Origin: Sedimentisphaerales bacterium
GTDB taxonomy: Bacteria; Planctomycetota; Phycisphaerae; Sedimentisphaerales; SM23-30
Length of the DNA: 64,000 nucleotides
Direction: 5' to 3' (one strand)
Assembly: GCA_963666285.1 (NCBI GenBank)
Contig: OY762711.1
The notes below the pieces were generated by a model, which did no database searches, was not told the origin of the DNA, and worked only from the letters and a program-made list of their open reading frames with translations. Positions 61,020 through 64,000 of this stretch are shown piece after piece. Position 1 is the first letter of the stretch, and every line of letters begins with the position of its first letter. The position numbers and the translations under genes were made by a program.

Positions 61020-62183
61020 ATGCAACCTGCCAGAGTAATACTTCATATAGACATGGACGCTTTCTACGCTTCTGTTGAACAATTGGATTTTCCTAACCTG
61101 AAAGGAAAACCGGTTCTTGTAGGAGGTTCACCTCAACAAAGAGGAGTTGTTGCAGCCTGTTCATACGAAGCTCGAAAGTTTAACGTCCGCTCTGCAATGC
61201 CAATGTCTCAGGCAATTAAGCTTTGTCCAAGTGCTATTATGCAGCCGGTGAGAATGGACCGGTATATCGAAATCTCCAGGCAAATCCACAATATATTCCA
61301 TCAATATACTCCGGATGTCGAAAAGCTGTCAATTGACGAAGCTTTCCTGGATGTTACCGGATGCCAAAAACTTTTTGGCAATGCCGAATCAATCGGAAAA
61401 CAGATAAAGTCGGATATTAAAAATACAGTCGGCCTTACCGCCTCTGTTGGTATTGCTCCTAATAAATTCCTGGCCAAACTCGCATCTGACCTTGACAAAC
61501 CTGATGGCTTTGTTGTGATTACCGAAGATAATAAACAAAAAATACTGGACCCGCTTCCGGTATCAAAAATATGGGGGATCGGCAAAGTCACAAACGATGC
61601 CTTAAATCGTTTAGGTATCCAAACCGTAGAACAACTCAGAACCACTCCACCAAATACCCTGGCTTTGGTATTCAAAAACAGAGTTGACAAAATACTAAAA
61701 TTAGCCCATGGCATAGATAACAGACCGGTTGAAACTTATTCAGAGGCAAAAAGCTTCTCTGCCGAAGAAACTTTTGCCGCAGACATAATGGACAAAGATA
61801 CCCTGCTCTCTATTTTACATAATCAGGTGGAAGAAGTATCACAAAGACTTCGAGCCGAAAAACTACAGGCGCGGACAGTAACGCTAAAACTCAGATACAG
61901 CGACTTTAAAACTATTACTCGCAGTTCAACCCTGGAGTCGCCAACAAACGTAACACAGCTTTTTCTGCTTGAAGCTAAAACCCTTTTCTCAAACTGGTAT
62001 ACTAAATCCGCTGCTCCACTTAGACTCATCGGGTTCGGAGCCTCTGGAATTTCTCCGCAAGGTTCCGGTCAGATGATGCTGTTTAACGACCCTGAACAGG
62101 AAAAACAGAAGAAAGTCGACAATATCCTCGACAAGATAAAAGAAAAATTCGGCACAGACAGCCTGAAGAGAGGCGATTTCTAA
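61020..62183 (+). CDS. dinB: DNA polymerase IV
   Basis: HIDMDAFYASVE, SYEAR, SIDEAFLD, NKFLAKLASD..KP.G, WGIGK. Confidence 0.95.
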   Translation: MQPARVILHIDMDAFYASVEQLDFPNLKGKPVLVGGSPQQRGVVAACSYEARKFNVRSAMPMSQAIKLCPSAIMQPVRMDRYIEISRQIHNIFHQYTPDVEKLSIDEAFLDVTGCQKLFGNAESIGKQIKSDIKNTVGLTASVGIAPNKFLAKLASDLDKPDGFVVITEDNKQKILDPLPVSKIWGIGKVTNDALNRLGIQTVEQLRTTPPNTLALVFKNRVDKILKLAHGIDNRPVETYSEAKSFSAEETFAADIMDKDTLLSILHNQVEEVSQRLRAEKLQARTVTLKLRYSDFKTITRSSTLESPTNVTQLFLLEAKTLFSNWYTKSAAPLRLIGFGASGISPQGSGQMMLFNDPEQEKQKKVDNILDKIKEKFGTDSLKRGDF

Positions 62184-62282
62184 AACACCTTTCTTCAAAC
62201 TATCCTTGCTCATTCATACATACGCTCATCTCTCCTCTTTCATTAATTACTCAAAGTGACCGATTTTACACTTTTTATTGCT

Positions 62283-62464
62283 GTTTACTTTCGCATTTTT
62301 CAAGTTGCAATGAACGCCTAAAAGAGCCTTCTTGTTATAGTTTGAATTAAATATACTTTCGAGATTTAACCTCGAAAATGATAAAAATAATCCAATCTTC
62401 ATTCACAAGGCCCTGTTCTGACCTTTGCGGATAACGTTGAACAGTCAAAAGTACGAAAGCGTAC
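62283..62464 (+). mobile_element. MITE-like element, family 1, copy C (182 bp) with 5-bp TSD
   Basis: Imperfect GT..AC TIRs (14/20); TTGCT at 62278-62282 and 62465-62469; empty site visible at about 22034-22040. Confidence 0.8.
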
Positions 62465-62646
62465 TTGCTGTAACACAATTTAATGCAAAATTGTTACATT
62501 AATGATTTAATTAGCTTGCCGCTTTGCGGCATTCCTGTCAAGTCCTGATTAAAAGTTGTCACTTTCCGTTTCTATTTCCTATTGTATTTTGGTGATATAT
62601 TCCGTAGTGAAGGGAGCCCGGAGGGCGACCGGAACGGAGGAATATA

Positions 62647-63432
62647 TCACGCCGCGGCATGCACTTCCGCAGGTATACGATACTTCAACGCAACATGCGG
62701 TCTACGAGTGTTGTAAAGCTCAATTGCCTGCCTTACTGCTGCATATACATGAGCCTTTTCCTTAAACGTTTCTTTTAATCCATATTCATATTTCAATATA
62801 CCATTTAGCCGTTCCGCCTTGGCATTCTCATAGCAATGGTTCTCTTCGGTCATGCTTATCTGTAATCCATTTCTCTGCAACTTATCAATATATCTGTGAC
62901 AGCAATACTGACAGCCTCTATCCGAATGGTGAATCGCTTTACTCCCTTTCGGCAGCTGCTTTATCGCCATCGACAATGCCCTTAAACAACCTTCGGCTTC
63001 CAAGCTATCACTACAATCATAACCTACTATCTTGCGGCTATAAGCATCCATTACCAATGCCAGATACATAAAACCTTCATTTGTACGTATATATGTTATA
63101 TCACTTACCAGAGCCTGATTAGCTCCTGTCAGTTCTGCATCTTTCAACAAATTATTATAAACCTTAAAACTATGACGACTATTTGTAGTTGTAACATATC
63201 GTCTTTTACGCTTTATCAGCTTATCATACTTATCCATAAGCTCAAAAAAGCGATCACGGCCTATTTCTATACCAACAAGCTCCAGTACTGGACTTATCAA
63301 CTCCAAAACCTTACGACAGCCTAACTCTGGTTGCAATCTGCGCTCTGCCTCAACCAGTTCTATAATCAAAGCTTCATCTATAGATTTCTTCTTACGTTCC
63401 TTGCGTGCTTTATAGTAGTTTTGCCTGCTCAT
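62647..63432 (-). CDS. IS3 transposase OrfB (DDE)
   Basis: SDITYI, DAYSRKIVG, HHSDRGCQY, ENAKAERLNGILKYE; frame open upstream to the A9G slippery site. Confidence 0.95.
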   Translation of the reverse strand: MSRQNYYKARKERKKKSIDEALIIELVEAERRLQPELGCRKVLELISPVLELVGIEIGRDRFFELMDKYDKLIKRKRRYVTTTNSRHSFKVYNNLLKDAELTGANQALVSDITYIRTNEGFMYLALVMDAYSRKIVGYDCSDSLEAEGCLRALSMAIKQLPKGSKAIHHSDRGCQYCCHRYIDKLQRNGLQISMTEENHCYENAKAERLNGILKYEYGLKETFKEKAHVYAAVRQAIELYNTRRPHVALKYRIPAEVHAAA

Positions 63433-63455
63433 ACCTACAAGACGACAAAAGCCTG

Positions 63456-63881
63456 CTATCGTCGCCTTTTGGGAACTACCTTCCTGCGGCTTCTGCGAGG
63501 CACGTTCAACTGCTGTGTGCTTACTTTTTTTTTGAAAGCTTCTGGATCGACGCTAACTTCCTCACATAGCTCCTCAAATACTGCTTCATTCAACAAACTC
63601 TGCATATGAGTATCTGCTAATGCCTCTTTCAGCTGCTTAATCTCAGACTTTAGCTTCTTTATCTGATTCTGCTCTTCTGGTTTTTCCACGCGTATAACCT
63701 TTGGTACTAAGTGGTTACGGCCATATTTAATTAGCCATTTCTTTACTGTCTCGCCACCTGGTATCCCATAATGACGATTAGCTTCCGATATACTACCCAG
63801 CTTACCAGATTCCAGATCATTTACAACTTGTAACTTAAATGCCTCACTATATCTATTGTTTGCCTTCTTAATTATTGCCAT
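63456..63881 (-). CDS. IS3 transposase OrfA (HTH + leucine zipper)
   Basis: RYSEAFKLQVV..YGI..TVKKW; A9G at 63524-63533 shifts -1 into the OrfB frame. Confidence 0.92.
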   Translation of the reverse strand: MAIIKKANNRYSEAFKLQVVNDLESGKLGSISEANRHYGIPGGETVKKWLIKYGRNHLVPKVIRVEKPEEQNQIKKLKSEIKQLKEALADTHMQSLLNEAVFEELCEEVSVDPEAFKKKVSTQQLNVPRRSRRKVVPKRRR

Positions 63882-64000
63882 TGCTGTCTCCTGAAAAAGT
63901 TACTACATTATTTCTATAATGTGACAACTTATCACAGGACCAGACATCCTCCCCTTATGCCTTATCCCTTATCTCTTATGCCTCTCAAACCAACCATCGG

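Larger units (their letters stand above)
62536..63946 (-). mobile_element. Complete IS3-family insertion sequence (1411 bp)
   Basis: TG..CA ends; TIRs TGTCAAGTCCTGATTAAAAGTTGTCAC / GTGACAACTTATCACAGGACCAGACA; 3-bp TSD TCC (62533-35, 63947-49). Confidence 0.95.

Noticed and set aside
57906..64000. tRNA-anchored genomic island
   Set aside because: No integrase and no duplicated tRNA 3' end within the window

Overview
Bacterial chromosomal window, most likely a Planctomycetota (Phycisphaerae/Sedimentisphaerales-like) anaerobe. This is inferred from PEP-CTERM proteins, a prepilin/H-X9-DG protein, a dockerin-like tail, an HYExAFE protein and planctomycete-type coiled-coil proteins. It holds about 50 CDS: a RelE/ParE TA pair, a YtrA-GntR ABC operon, CAZymes (PL8, CE8-esterase fusion, GH92), motility/c-di-GMP genes (FapA, PilZ, MCP, HD-GYP), lnt, a short pyk, fprA, nadR-pnuC, Fic, MscK/CorA/MscS, wecA-like, fabZ and dinB. 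It also holds one tRNA-Met(CAT), one complete IS3 element and several small repeat/MITE families. The best candidate for a new system is at 19.6-24.7 kb (- strand). There a cobalamin riboswitch with promoter and attenuator heads four co-oriented genes: two PEP-CTERM proteins (one resembling a BtuH-type B12-binding domain), a dockerin-tailed surface protein and a pilin-like H-X9-DG protein, with no TonB-dependent receptor. This may be a surface/pilus-linked corrinoid capture system. The second candidate is a GATase plus ATP-grasp/degenerate-M20 fusion upstream of mechanosensitive channels, possibly for peptide-osmolyte synthesis and release. All family calls come from motif recognition by eye; no searches were run.
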